This document shows positions 1 to 12,249 of a stretch of 64,000 bases of DNA, in pieces. Source of the DNA: Octopus sinensis (Eukaryota); the NCBI RefSeq assembly GCF_006345805.1, contig NC_043000.1, positions 78,182,001-78,246,000 on the forward strand. The letters are read 5' to 3'. Within the stretch, counting starts at the first letter, position 1, and the number at the start of each line of letters is the position of its first letter. The notes under the pieces are model-generated. The model ran no database searches, was not told the origin of the DNA, and saw only the letters and a program-made list of their open reading frames with translations. Both the position numbers and the translations under genes were made by a program.

Positions 1-221
1 CTATGAATATATCTGTGCTTGTTTGATTAAGTGTTGTCAGTTTTTCTTCCTGCGTGCCAAATTTGATTTTTAAGTTCATATTCGTGTTTTAAAAAAATTA
101 GGAGACATGTTCAAAATTTTTGAGGCAGACGAAGAAGAAAACAGTTACACAAAGCTAATATTTACAAAATATAACAAAAATGTCCAACAACGAACAAGTG
201 ACAGATAAATATTTCAAAATT

Positions 222-223
<2 letters not shown>

Positions 224-270
<47 letters not shown>

Positions 271-327
271 GCTACTACTACTACTACTACTACTACAACA
301 ATAACAACTACAACAACAACAACAACA

Positions 328-395
<68 letters not shown>

Positions 396-828
396 CACTA
401 CTACTACTAAGAAGAAGAAGAAGAAGAAGAAGTATTAGTAGTAGAAGAACAATAACAACAACAAACACTAATCTGACTCTTCCTCAGAATTATGTTTGAA
501 CACATTTGCTTTCTCCTCAAGCACAGCAACAACAATAACAATTGGATAATGATGATGATGATGATGACAACGACGATGACGATAATGATGATGATGATGA
601 TGACGACGATGACGATAATGATGATGATGATAATGATAACGACGACGACAACGATGATGATGATAATGATGTCGATGAACATCATCATCGTCACCGCCAC
701 AATCATAGTCATTATCGTTACCACCATCACCATCATCCCAAAGCATCAACCCCTACCAACAGCAGCAACAATAATTTGCTGTATCAATATATCCTAACAA
801 CCTGCCCATCGAATAATTTACAGCTGAA

Positions 829-868
<40 letters not shown>

Positions 869-870
869 TA
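224..870. repeat. Compound microsatellite block (CTA)n/(CAA)n/(GAA)n, (GAT)n-type, (CA)n
   Basis: Directly visible trinucleotide and dinucleotide runs. They account for all the low-complexity ORFs listed for this region. Confidence 0.95.
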
Positions 871-1150
871 GCAATCATCATTGTTAAACATTTAGAAGGC
901 TATTATAGACTGATATACAGTTTATATGCAGTCAACAATTGATATTTCGTCACCACAAAAGTCGTATTCATAGCTTGTAAAGCAACAAATAAACCTCAAG
1001 AAATGCCGTATATACTTATTAATTGTAACTTATTTGTTGTGACAGCGACTCAAGTTTATAGATCAGAGACGGGAGATAGATATGAAAACAAAGTAAAATG
1101 TTACTAATGCAACATCGCAACATTTCAGAGAAAGATAGAGAATAAGAGTT

Positions 1151-1254
<104 letters not shown>

Positions 1255-1499
1255 AATGAATGAATGAATGACTAGCAGCATTGAAGTGAGAAAGGGGAAA
1301 TAAAAAACAGCTACATCTCATGTATTTTTGAGAAAACTTCATAAAAGCTGCAGACTTCATACATAGTAAATGTCGTTTGTCTTTGGAGGAATTTCTGAAT
1401 TAGAACCTGTGGGCTTTTAATTAGTTTTGCTGAAAGAAGTGGCCTGAAGCAAATATGATATGGAAACGAACCAGTAGATTAACCGGTTGGAAAGTAGAA

Positions 1500-2050
1500 A
1501 AGAAAATTAAACCAGCAAAAAGCACTTGGGTTAAATAAAGACATAAAGAACTAGTAACAAATCATAAAATAAATAATTCCAAAAAAATCTAACCAAAGAA
1601 TGGGTAACTAAATGCGAAGTTGTTAATGAAAAATATGGCAACGTTCTAACCAAAACAAATGGAGAAACTGAAAGATGGAGAGAAGACTGCGAGGAAATTT
1701 ACAGTCACAAAACGGTAGTAGATAGTAACGTGTTAACATAATTAAGGAAAGAAATTTCCTTTAATATACAGAAAGAAACACAAATGATATCAGATGTTGC
1801 ATAAGCATTTACAATACTAAAATGTGATAAATCACCTGGAACTATATAGAACTATTAAAGTAGATGAGGTGCTTATGTCACTGATGTTTTTTATGAAATT
1901 TGTGATGATGTTTTATACACTGGAGCATGGAACTGAATTAATTGTTATAGCACAACAAAGCAAAAAAAAAATAAAATAAAAAAAAACACCATGTGTGAAA
2001 ACAACGATACACTTCACTTAATTAGTTAATCAAGCAAGGTATTGCCGTTT
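1500..2050 (+). mobile_element. Highly decayed RTE-type LINE ORF fragment
   Basis: Manual translation gives KYGNVLTKTNGETERWRE..EEIY and KSPG, which resemble the RTE segment between the endonuclease and RT. Many stops and frameshifts. Confidence 0.4.
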
Positions 2051-3060
2051 TACTGTTTATTCGATGTCAGTGCTACATACATGCATGCACGCATATATAC
2101 ATACATACATACATAAATACCTATATACCTCCACACTCATATTGTTCGTAAGTTGCTTTCTAGATATACATTCGGGGCTAATGCAGCTTCGCACCTCTCC
2201 TTGAAAAATGCATTTAAAAAAAAATTCTTTCGGATTTCTACGTTTTAGATGTCGGAGATTACGAATATGCAAAAAAAAATATTTAATCCCACCACCTCCA
2301 ATTTGAAGTTTTGATTTTGTTTACTTTAAAGAGATTGTAGCGAATTGATGAAAATATGCAAATCGAAATCAAATACAGATAAATGCATTTTTTGAGAAAC
2401 TTTTTTCGGATTCCTACGTTTTAGATGTCGGAGATTACGAATATGCAAAAAAAAATTCTTTATAATTTGCTTTAGTGATTATAGGCTTGTTTCCAAGAAG
2501 AGAGAAACACTGTTCAACAGATTTGTAACGTTAATATTCTAATAGAAAATTACTCAGAACACTTGTGAGTTCTTTACTAAATATATATTTGAAAATTATT
2601 TTGACCATAGGGAACTGTGGACGAGAAAGCATAATATCAGCATATCAATAGTAAATATTATAGATGTGAACATGCGAAATTTCTGATTTTTATTTGAGAA
2701 TCACCAAGTAACTGGTTTAAAACAACAGAAGATGCCAGAGAGCATATTTATTCACCAAGAATTTTCAGTATGTTTCTAAAAAACAATATTACTGTAGTCT
2801 TTGTGTCTTCTGAAGGAAATGATAGAGTGGGAGATAAAAAAAAAGACTAATAAGAATAAAGGCAGTAAAGAAAGAAGAGATGGAAAGAGAGTACCAGAGA
2901 GAGCTTTGCAAGGAAACAGTGAAAGAAAACTGATACAAGTGTAAGATATTTAAAAATGCTGACTATGTCGTATTGAATAAAAATGATTTTCTAATTGAAT
3001 CATGTACATAGTGTTCAATAACGAAAGAAATATTTTGCTGAAAAATTAAAATTGAAATTT

Positions 3061-3234
3061 ATAGGCGCAGGAATGGCTGTGTGGTAAGTAGCTTGCTAAC
3101 CAACCACATGGTTCCGGGTTCAGTCCCACTGCGTGGCATCTTGGGCATGTGTCTTCTGCTATAGCCCCGGGCCGACCAATGCCTTGTGAGTGGATTTGGT
3201 AGACGGAAACTGAAAGAAGCCTGTCGTATATATG

Positions 3235-3265
<31 letters not shown>

Positions 3266-3483
3266 TTGTGTGTCTGTGTTTGTCCTCCTAGCATTGCTTG
3301 AGAACCGATGCTGGTGTGTTTACGTCCCCGTCACTTAGCCGTTCGGCAAAAGAGACCGATAGAATAAGTACTGGGCTTGCAAAGAATAAGTCCCGGGGTC
3401 GATTTGCTCGACTAAAGGCGGTGCTCCAGCATGGCCGCAGTCAAATGACTGAAACAAGTAAAAGAGTAAAAGAGTAAAGAGTT
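3061..3483 (+). mobile_element. SINE family A, full-length copy (tRNA-like head, internal (TA)/(TG) microsatellite, CR1-like tail)
   Basis: A-box-like TGGCTGTGTGG, B-box-like GGTTCAGTCCC and a (GTAAAAGA)n tail. The same sequence recurs at least 8 times in the window. Confidence 0.85.
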
Positions 3484-5089
3484 ATAAATTTATAGATATT
3501 GTTGACTTACTTTCTTGTAGTAAAAGTTGCATACTCATAACTAATTAGCATGCAGATTATTTATTATAGTACAGATATTTTGTTTCATGGTGTTGTTGCA
3601 GATACTAGCAGATCACATTAATAAAACATGCTTTGCTATCAATATATACGAAGTTAAATATACTCATCTCTTACATATAGAACTGTATTAAATGTACTAT
3701 GGAAGAATAAATTATTTTCTATCAATAACTAACGTCTTGGGGGACGTGATTTTAAATGAAGAATTTAGGTAATCAAGTTAAATTTCACACAACTTTTGCA
3801 CAGTATTCATAATCCAATTATTATCCGAAGATCCCAAAACAGTTGCTTGTTGTTTCCAATCTCAGCGAATTTAGCATAATCACAAGGACAGTATGGCAGA
3901 AGATATACCTAGTCAAATACAACAAGAGTAGAAAAATACCACATCAAGAGTTTACCGCTGCCAGATTAGCCAGTTACTAATACGTATTGATAATACTGTA
4001 CTGTTCATGGTTGGCAAAAATTTTGAACATAGTAGACTGTTAATCGAGTACAAATTGCAGCTTCAACTTCTAATTACAAGATTCTTTATGAAACTAGCAA
4101 TGACATTCAGTACCCGGAACAGTATGTCCACTATAATAATCTCATGGTTCCAGATAAAACAAAACTTAAACAAAACTCAAGCAAGTATGATATCTGACAC
4201 ACGAGGAATAGTATTCTTTGATGCTATTAACTGTGTAGCTAAAAAACTCTTGATCAGCCTAATTTTGGCAAAAATTAGTTCACACAGGCTGCTATTCAGA
4301 CGTCCTCTGAAATTACAGCAACTTTGCTCATACGTGGTAAAAATGCTCATTCTGATTTGAAGCCTTCACTTAACCTTGTACATTATAAAAGTTGTGCGTA
4401 TAAAAATTGCGATCACTTCAACATCTGACGTGTGGCACATCATGCGTCTGAACAGGCAATGTTGATTTGATGGAAAGAATGAACTCATGTATAGCATAAA
4501 CAATCGATCACTATAAACAAATCTTCTGTGCAGGTTGTTCAGTGAGAAATTGCGGAATTGTCTTTCTCAGATTCGGGAGACTATCAAGATGTATAATACC
4601 GGTAAAGAGGATCTGAAGCAGATGAAGTTGAACTTATGAGATAAACGAGCAATGTATCGCAGACTTGCTTTTGAGGCTCTCAGTTGCACCTTGCAACACA
4701 CGCAGAGGTGGATTTCAGGTAAACTCTGCCAGTCATCCCAAAGGTACATTTCCCAAAGGTACATTTCCCAAAGGTACATTTCATCATTCTAACAACATGA
4801 GAGTTGTAGCTTAACAGGGATATCTCAGCAACTCACTTTGCAAATGTTTTAACATCATTCGGGGGCAATGGCCGACTAGCAGCTGGCACTGAGGGTGGAA
4901 ATGTCAAATTATGAAAAGTATGATAGAAATACTAATGAAAATTTATCCTAGACCCTCACAGAATTATAGAAACTAAGAGTGGATTTCTGAAGTGCCACCC
5001 TAGCTCTAGAATGTGCAGGGTATTAACACCACCATTATTTAACAGGTATCAGTCTAATTCAAATGATACAAGTCAGTTCACAGAGTATA

Positions 5090-5480
5090 TGATGTTGATA
5101 ATGCTACCAACTTACCAACAAAAATTTTCAAAACTGTTCAGCTCACTGGTGTCCTCCCTTATAATCTGCAACTGAAAGTAGGAGAACCTATTTGGATGCA
5201 TCAAAACTTTTTAACGGTGCAAATTTAAGTACCAAAACACTTTTGCGCCACGTTATCAAAGCCACCACTAACATTGGTTGTGCTAAGAGAGATGCTTTCA
5301 TTTCACGCTCTCCCCTCGTCTCATGAGATGCGCTATTTTATTTTAAGCATCTTTAGTTCCCCATGTCACTGTTTTTTTACTATCAACATCAACTAGTCCT
5401 AGGGATAGAGCCTTAAGGTTGCAGAATTGAACTGACAAGTCTATGCTACTGCCATAATCAATTTTGTTACAGGCTTACGT
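5090..5480 (+). mobile_element. Decayed Helitron Pif1-like helicase C-terminal fragment
   Basis: Frameshifted translation resembles the motifs G.PP.NLQLKVG, NGT/A, F..L.FP..L.F..TIN.S.GQSLKVA of the Helitron RepHel helicase. Confidence 0.55.
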
Positions 5481-6339
5481 GCTGGAGTAAGCAGACATTT
5501 TTTTCACAGGAGCACCATCAAACCACTATTTCTCTTTTTCTTTCTTCGTCACTCATACACACACTCTCACGCACACTTACATACTCACTAACTCACTCAC
5601 CTCCCCGCACACACAAATTCACATATTCACATATATATTCACACACATACAAACACACATACACTCGCTCACGCTCACATAGTCACACAAGCACTCACAT
5701 ATTTATTAACTCACTCTGTCTCTCTCTTCATACCTTCTATTATACCTCACTATTATACCTTCCTCTCCAAGCTGATCTCTAAGATATCAACTCCCTCTCC
5801 CACCACCGCACTCACTCTATTTTTCAGATCTCCTCCTACTACTCTCGACCTCTCTTCTCCCTCTTACTCTTTATATACCATACATCTTACCGATTTTTTA
5901 TCTTCACACCTCACCTATTCTCTCTAACTCCTCTTCTCTTTCTCTCTTAACCTCTCCCTCTACTACCATATTTGATCAGATGTTCCTCTAACATACACTC
6001 CTCCATTCTTCCCACCACCATGCCATTCCATCATTCCTTCTATTCCGTCTCTTTCCACCTCCCACCCCTTTTCCTTTATATATTTATATATGTAACCGAA
6101 ACCTTTCACACAATGTCATTCTATTAACCAGAGTTCTTTCTCGACCGCAAACAATATTTTCCCGATATTCAGTTCTTCCCATTGACACACCCATATTGCA
6201 TTGACCAATCCAACCTCTACCTACTCCATAACAGATATTTTATTTATTTAACGACAATCCTGCTTCTTCCTTCCTCCTCCTCCGTCTTCTACTTCTCCCT
6301 TCCTTTCCTTCTCCAATCTCTTATTATTATTGCCTTTCA

Positions 6340-6433
6340 TCCTTTTGGGAGAGATAAATAAGTACCAGTCAAGTACTGGGGCCGATGTAATCGGCTTATC
6401 CCCTCCCCCCGATATAGTTGGCATTGTGCCAAA

Positions 6434-6519
<86 letters not shown>

Positions 6520-6520
6520 G
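6340..6520 (+). mobile_element. SINE family B 3' fragment followed by (ATT)n
   Basis: gataaataagtaccagtcaagtactggggccgatgtaatcg...ttgtgccaaaatt followed directly by (ATT)n. Confidence 0.7.
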
Positions 6521-6949
6521 TATGCCCGGGATTACATATTCAGGATTTATCACAGAGGAGGAAATTTCTACAAAGTGAAGAACGAATTGTCCCTTTTTTT
6601 TTTTACCAGAGGTATAACAAGGTAAGTGACCACTATATGATTAGCTGTTCAATATCCTACAGAATAAACACTATCTGACTGGTTGTTGTTCCATCACTCA
6701 CATCACTCATGATGTCTGTGATCTGACTACTTACCAAAGAACAAGTACCTCTTAATTTTTCTAATATTTGCATCTTCACTACGTTTTGGCCGATTTGACT
6801 TTTAACGTCATCAGGTATCTTATTCTAAGGTGCTGAACTTATCATCAAGTATTGAACTGGATTCGAACTAGGGATGTTTATTTTTAAATCAGGAGATAAA
6901 TTGTGCGTAATAACACGTTTCCATTAGGCCACTAATCCAGTAATGTCCG

Positions 6950-7150
6950 GGCTTATGTATGGTTGTATGGTTAAGAAGTTTGCTTCACATTTACGTGGTT
7001 TCGCATTCAAATTTCTCTGATCAAATTCTACTATGGGCAAGCACTTTTTACCCTAGCTTAAAGTCTGTTAAAGTCATTTGGATGAAACTTGGTAGACGGA
7101 AACTGAAAGACCGCCGTAGACACTGTTCCTGTTCTTTTGTGATAGGCTTA
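6950..7150 (+). mobile_element. SINE family A, degenerate 5' part
   Basis: tggttgtatggttaagaagtttgctt...ttggtagacggaaactgaaaga matches the family A head. Confidence 0.6.
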
Positions 7151-8231
7151 ATTCACTACTTGCTCTAAAACCACCACTTAGTCCTTGAGTCCATAGAGTG
7201 GACCTGTTAAAGTCTTCCAGTTTATAAAGAGGTGAAGAGTACTGCCCTTTTTCCACTGACTTAGTCATTAATACCCCAAACATTTTACAGATATTTTATA
7301 GGGACCTATAAAATGAAGTTTGGAAGGACTTTTGATAACCAAAGCAGAATAAAGATAGGGATGATACAAAATATGGAAAGGAGCAAGAATTAAATAAAGT
7401 AGCCATAGGGGAGTTTTGAATTCTAATACCAGAAAGCCAGTTTACAATAATGAAAGACTTCGGAAAAAAAATATGGCTTAGCGAAGAAAGGTCGATAACA
7501 GTATTTAAATAATAGATGGAAATTTTTCTTGGCTTTAGTGGATCAATGGTAAAAGTTCAATGGAGTGGAAATCTAAGGATCATCAGGTACCAATATCGAT
7601 TTCATCATATTAACTAGTAGCGTGCAAGGATCTTTTAATGGGTAATACCAAAACCTTATTCAATGGAAAGCAACGATCTTTCTATAATTCCAGTGGTAAG
7701 GAATATATAATTTAATGATCGCATCTATTTCAACTAATTAAAAGAGTTAAATTCTAACTAATTAATTACTTAGAAATTGTGATGTTCTTTAGTTAAAGTG
7801 GAGTTTTGAATTGTCTTTATTTCATGACATCATTCCATTTCGTAGTGTTTTCGATTTTCATTTTCATTATATTTACCCTTTCTATCTTCTCCCCAAATGT
7901 TTGAATTTTCTACCTGTGATAGCTTAGAGTTCACCATCTCGAAATTCAAAAATCAAATCACACAATTTCTATCCTTCTCCAGAAGTCTAAATACAAATAA
8001 AATACAACCTCCAATGTTCTCCACAAAATAGCAGATATGTTAAACATAAGGTAAAAGTTACTATTTCATCTAACTTCCAGAATTATGTTTCCCACACCGA
8101 TCACGTGAAGTCGGTGACATGCTATGTTAACTACGTTTGATAAAAAACTGAAATAGTTAATTACTTAAGAATTTTCTTTTAATCGACGTGTGTATATGTG
8201 TGTACGTATGTATGTGTACGTGTGTGTGTGT

Positions 8232-8309
<78 letters not shown>

Positions 8310-8809
8310 TTTAAATTTAATTTTAGAATATTTTCTTTTATGAACCACGCACTGGGACAAGACGTGTTCAGTGCGGCGTGATAAATGTCTCTTACGTAGC
8401 GTCACATCACAATAGCCAAAATTATCATCATCATGGTCGTCGTCGTCATTGACGTCATCATCATCGTAATCGAATTACTTTGTCAGCGTTCTTTTTCCTT
8501 TTAAAAAATGTTATTGCAAATTAGTGAAGGAAAAACAACCAGTTATTATTCTTTTACCTAAAAATGTTTTTCAGTTTCCTGTGTTCAAAATATAGCCAAA
8601 GTTGTAGTCATTTAACTCTAAGCTACTCTGACCGAATAGACGTATGAACAAAGTCATTCCAATCGTGACCATGCCGAAGCTTAGGAGCTGTCAAGACTAC
8701 GTTATCTACTGTCCTTCACTTTTATTAAGACGATGACGTGTGATTTCAAATATAGTTGGCTGTCATTTCTGGCAGATACAGTCACCATTTCGAGACCTCC
8801 ATTTTTCAA

Positions 8810-9165
8810 TCGATATATTGACAGTGGTAAGAAGTTTACTTCCCGACCACATGGTTCTGGGTTCAGTCCCACTATGTGGCACCGCGGGCCGACCAAAGCT
8901 TTGTGAATTTATGTGTGTGTGCGTGCGCGCGTGTCTGTGTGCGTGTGTGTGTCTGTGTTTGTCCCTCTTCACTGCCTGATAACCGGTGTTGGTCTGTTAA
9001 CATACCTGTAACTTAGCGGTTCGGCAGGGATCGATAGAATAAGTACCAGGCTTAACAAATAAATAGATAAATAAGTACTGGGGTCGATTCATTCGACTTA
9101 AAAGATTCAATGTGGTGCTCCAGCATAGCTGCAGTTTACTGACTAAAACAAGTAAATGAGTAACA
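8810..9165 (+). mobile_element. SINE family A copy
   Basis: Head, internal TG repeat and tail (ggtgctccagcatagctgcag...aaacaagtaaatgag) all align with 3061-3483. Confidence 0.8.
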
Positions 9166-9201
9166 GCGAGAAGGACAGAAAAGCAGCAACCGTGATCTTT
9201 T

Positions 9202-9436
9202 TCTTTCTTTACTACCCTCAAGGGGCTAAGCTAAGAGAGGACAAACAAGGACAGACAAACGGAGCAAGTCGATTACATCGACCCCAGTGCGTAACTGGTA
9301 CTTAATTTATCGACCCCGAAAGGATGAAAGGCAAAGTCGACTTCGGTGGAATTTGAACTCAGAACGTAACGGCAGACGAAATACGGCTACGCATTTCGCC
9401 CGGCGTGCTAACGTTTTTGCCAGCTCGCCGCCTTAT
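9202..9436 (-). mobile_element. SINE family B, full length, variant tail, 15-bp TSD
   Basis: Perfect direct repeat CAACCGTGATCTTTT at 9187-9201 and 9437-9451. The head ggcggcgagctggcaaaaacgttagc has a B-box-like GAGTTCAAATTCC. Confidence 0.88.
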
Positions 9437-10424
9437 CAACCGTGATCTTTTGCAGTAAATGTAAGACTAACAAGTGTTTTGGCTGGCCAGTTTAAATCCC
9501 GAAGTTGGTGGGAAGAGTGACTAGGAGGGTAAACAATAAGGGGAATTAGAGTTTGTGGCAAGGAGGAGGGATAAATGGTGGCGTGAAGGGTCACTAGAAG
9601 AATGACTAGAAGAGTGGCTTGAAGTAGCTGGAAGGGTGACTAAAAGGGTGAGGAGGGAGATGGCGAGAAGGAGGGATAGAAAGTGCGAGAATGGTAGTGA
9701 GAATGGTAACGAAGTGGGTGACTAGAAGAATATGTGTCTGAAAGGCTGTCGAGGGAGACGGCGAGTGCGAGAATGGTGGTGAGGGTGGCAAGAAGGATGC
9801 AGAAGGTTATCTAGAAACGGTTGTTACCTTTATTTTCACTTCTTGCGCACTCACATTCACACAGGCATATATACACACTCACGCACAAACACACACTAAT
9901 CTTATCTATCTGTGTATTGAAACGCAGACTGACAATGATAAACTTTCTGATAGTTTTATGACATCATGAGAGTAAATATAAGAGTCTGCCTGCTTTATCA
10001 TGTAATAGTCATATTAATCCATGGCCATGTGCCTGATAGAATTATTTCACTAAAATGATTTGCTGCTGACAGCAAAGAGAAGTGGACTCGTGACTCCATG
10101 AATAAAGAAGTTATTATACTGTCTCGTTATCTAGGTTGAAGAAATGACGTCGAGGGTTTTGGAGGAAGTTCTGTGTTCAGATTTTAGAACCTTATCTCTC
10201 ACTCCGGGATGAGTGTCACTCTAGTGACTCTTCTGTCCGCCGGCTATCATTGATATTAATGATAAGAGTGCTTTATAGAAAGTTCAAGGTGTTTTGGACC
10301 TATGATCAACATCTTATAATTCTGTTTGTCATTGCGTTACTTAGCACGTCGGTAACACTTCATGTGATTAGTTGAAGGGAAAGAGAGCAAAAAGAAAAGG
10401 AAGAGAGGAAAAGAATAAAAGGCG

Positions 10425-10457
<33 letters not shown>

Positions 10458-10849
10458 AAAGGAGAGAAAAGAAGCGTTCAAAACGTGAGGTAGGGCGAAC
10501 GTAATAATTTTAACGGAGGGCTGATGTTCTGATGGAGAGGTTAAAGAAAGGCACAGAGAGAAAGAGAGAGGTGGGGAGAGATGATGATGATGATGGTGGT
10601 GGTGTGGTGGAAATGGAAGTGGCGGATGAGCGACTATGTTTCCTTACAGACACAACACAGGCTACGCTTTCAGGTTTTTTGGATAAAGTTTTCAGAAATG
10701 ACCCAATAGGTTTACCACTTGGAGTTAGTAGCCCGCGCTCTTAACCAGTACGCCATATGCCCGTGGTTAGTTTAATCGATTCGAAGCAGTGACCTGAACA
10801 ACAACAACAACATCGAAAGATTTCGAACCCAGGTCCGAAATTTCCCCAA

Positions 10850-10895
10850 GACATCTGAAGAAGGCTGGAGGATATATCAGCCGAAATGTTGTGTT
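10850..10895 (+). ncRNA. Decayed minimal type I hammerhead ribozyme (Penelope-associated type)
   Basis: gacat-CTGAAGA-a-ggctg[gaggatatat]cagcc-GAA-ATGT-T-gtgtt. Stem II has 5 bp and stem I has 5 bp with G-U pairs. ATGT stands where a palindromic ACGT is expected. It lies just upstream of a Penelope RT fragment. Confidence 0.5.
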
Positions 10896-10954
10896 AACAA
10901 CAAACAAGATGAGGACAAATATCCGTCGAGTGTAAATAATGTAAATAATGATCA

Positions 10955-11170
10955 TAATATAGTTATTAAAGAAGCTGATAAAGGGAATCCTCATGGACTC
11001 AGAACAATGCATAAACACTACCCAAGCTCTCCTTCGAGACAATACCTATTATAAAACAATTAACAATTACAGTCAATCTAAAATAATGACAAAGCTCACT
11101 ACCCTCTTCCAACAATTCCAACAAGCTTTAAGCTATATGGTGAGAGATTCTAGCAGTTCAAGTTCATTTG
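10955..11170 (+). mobile_element. Penelope-like element RT N-terminal fragment
   Basis: IVIKEADKG followed, after a frameshift, by MDSEQCIN..QALLRDNTYYKTI. This is the typical PLE RT start motif (K.ADKG...Y.....LL.D...Y). Confidence 0.6.
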
Positions 11171-11242
11171 TTAAAGTAAGGAAGATTTAGTTAGGAAGAA
11201 AATAAAAGAATAAAAATACAAAGCATCTAACATGAATCGGGT

Positions 11243-11405
11243 GTAGGAGTGGCTGTGTGGTAAGGAGCTTGCTTACCAACCACATGGTTCCGGGTTCAAT
11301 CCCACTGCGTGGCACCTTGGGTAAGAGTCTTCTGCTATAGCCTCGGGCCGACCAAAGCCTTGTGAGTGGATTTGGTAGACGGAAATTGAAAGAAGCCCGT
11401 CGTAC
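11243..11405 (+). mobile_element. SINE family A head, ending at the internal (CA)n
   Basis: High similarity to 3065-3228. Confidence 0.8.
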
Positions 11406-11689
11406 ACACACACACACACACACACTGCTGTTCTCACCTTCACTGATATAAGTCACCCTCTCTCCATTACTACCTCAGACTTATACTTTTGCAACCTTCT
11501 CATTTTATTATATAATTCACCCATCGCCTCTGGAGGGTACATTATAGATTTTTTATTGAAATCCAATTTGCCTTTTATTGAACTGGATATTAGTGTCACA
11601 TGTGTGCAAAGTTTCCTGAATATTGGTTTGGTGGTTTAGACACTAAGTAGATAACAGATAGGCGGGCAGACAGACAGATATTGTCATGT

Positions 11690-11879
11690 GTGTGTGTGTG
11701 TGTGTGTATATACGACGGGCTTCTTTCAGTTTCTGTCTACCAAATCCACTCACAATGCTTTATATGGCCCGAGGCTATAGTAGAAGACACTTGCCCAAGA
11801 TTCCACGTTGTAGGACTGAACCTGGAGCCATGTGGTTGGGAAGTAAGCTTTTTACCACACTGTCACGTCTGCGCCTATG

Positions 11880-11880
<1 letters not shown>
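11690..11880 (-). mobile_element. SINE family A head
   Basis: Reverse complement of the family A 5' region. Confidence 0.78.
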
Positions 11881-11927
<47 letters not shown>

Positions 11928-12249
11928 GAATTTAAACATAAAACATCTGAGTATTTTTAATTTTATTTTCATTCGCACAAATGTTTTACTTCTCAACTTT
12001 TCTACTTCACAAAGCCTTTCTATATCCTTGCGAACTTAAAAAAAAATACTCTAACATTTAAAATATATAATATATATATATATATATATATAAGACTATG
12101 CGATATGACTTCAAGTTCTGTACCTTGGTCTGGCCAGTGCATACCAAACAATTTCAGTCAAAGTCAAACAAAATGGCAAACAGAGAAGATGCTCAAGCCT
12201 CAGCTTCTTACTGAGATTTATGACACACAGAATACAAACTTTTAGAAGT

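Noticed and set aside
162-871. Poly-V/Y/S/I/M/D ORFs here and the similar poly-I/N/L, (HT)n, (SL)n and (MYVC)n ORFs throughout the window
   Set aside because: These are translations of microsatellites, with no splice or domain support.
2206-2458. ~175-bp-spaced direct duplication (ttcggatt.ctacgttttagatgtcggagattacgaatatgc)
   Set aside because: The duplication is real, but it probably reflects subterminal repeats of an unclassified DNA element. No termini or TSD could be established.
4007-4360. 117-aa ORF (also 17555..17872)
   Set aside because: No recognisable domain, splice context or codon pattern. Expected by chance.
4737-4781. 15-nt x3 direct repeat (also 14-nt x3 at 62254-62295 inside CR1)
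   Set aside because: Simple local slippage duplications with no spacers or other structure.
6770-6830. Hammerhead-like CTGATGA...CAAAACGTA on the minus strand
   Set aside because: The GAAA core is broken, and stems I and II do not form convincingly. At most a decayed remnant.
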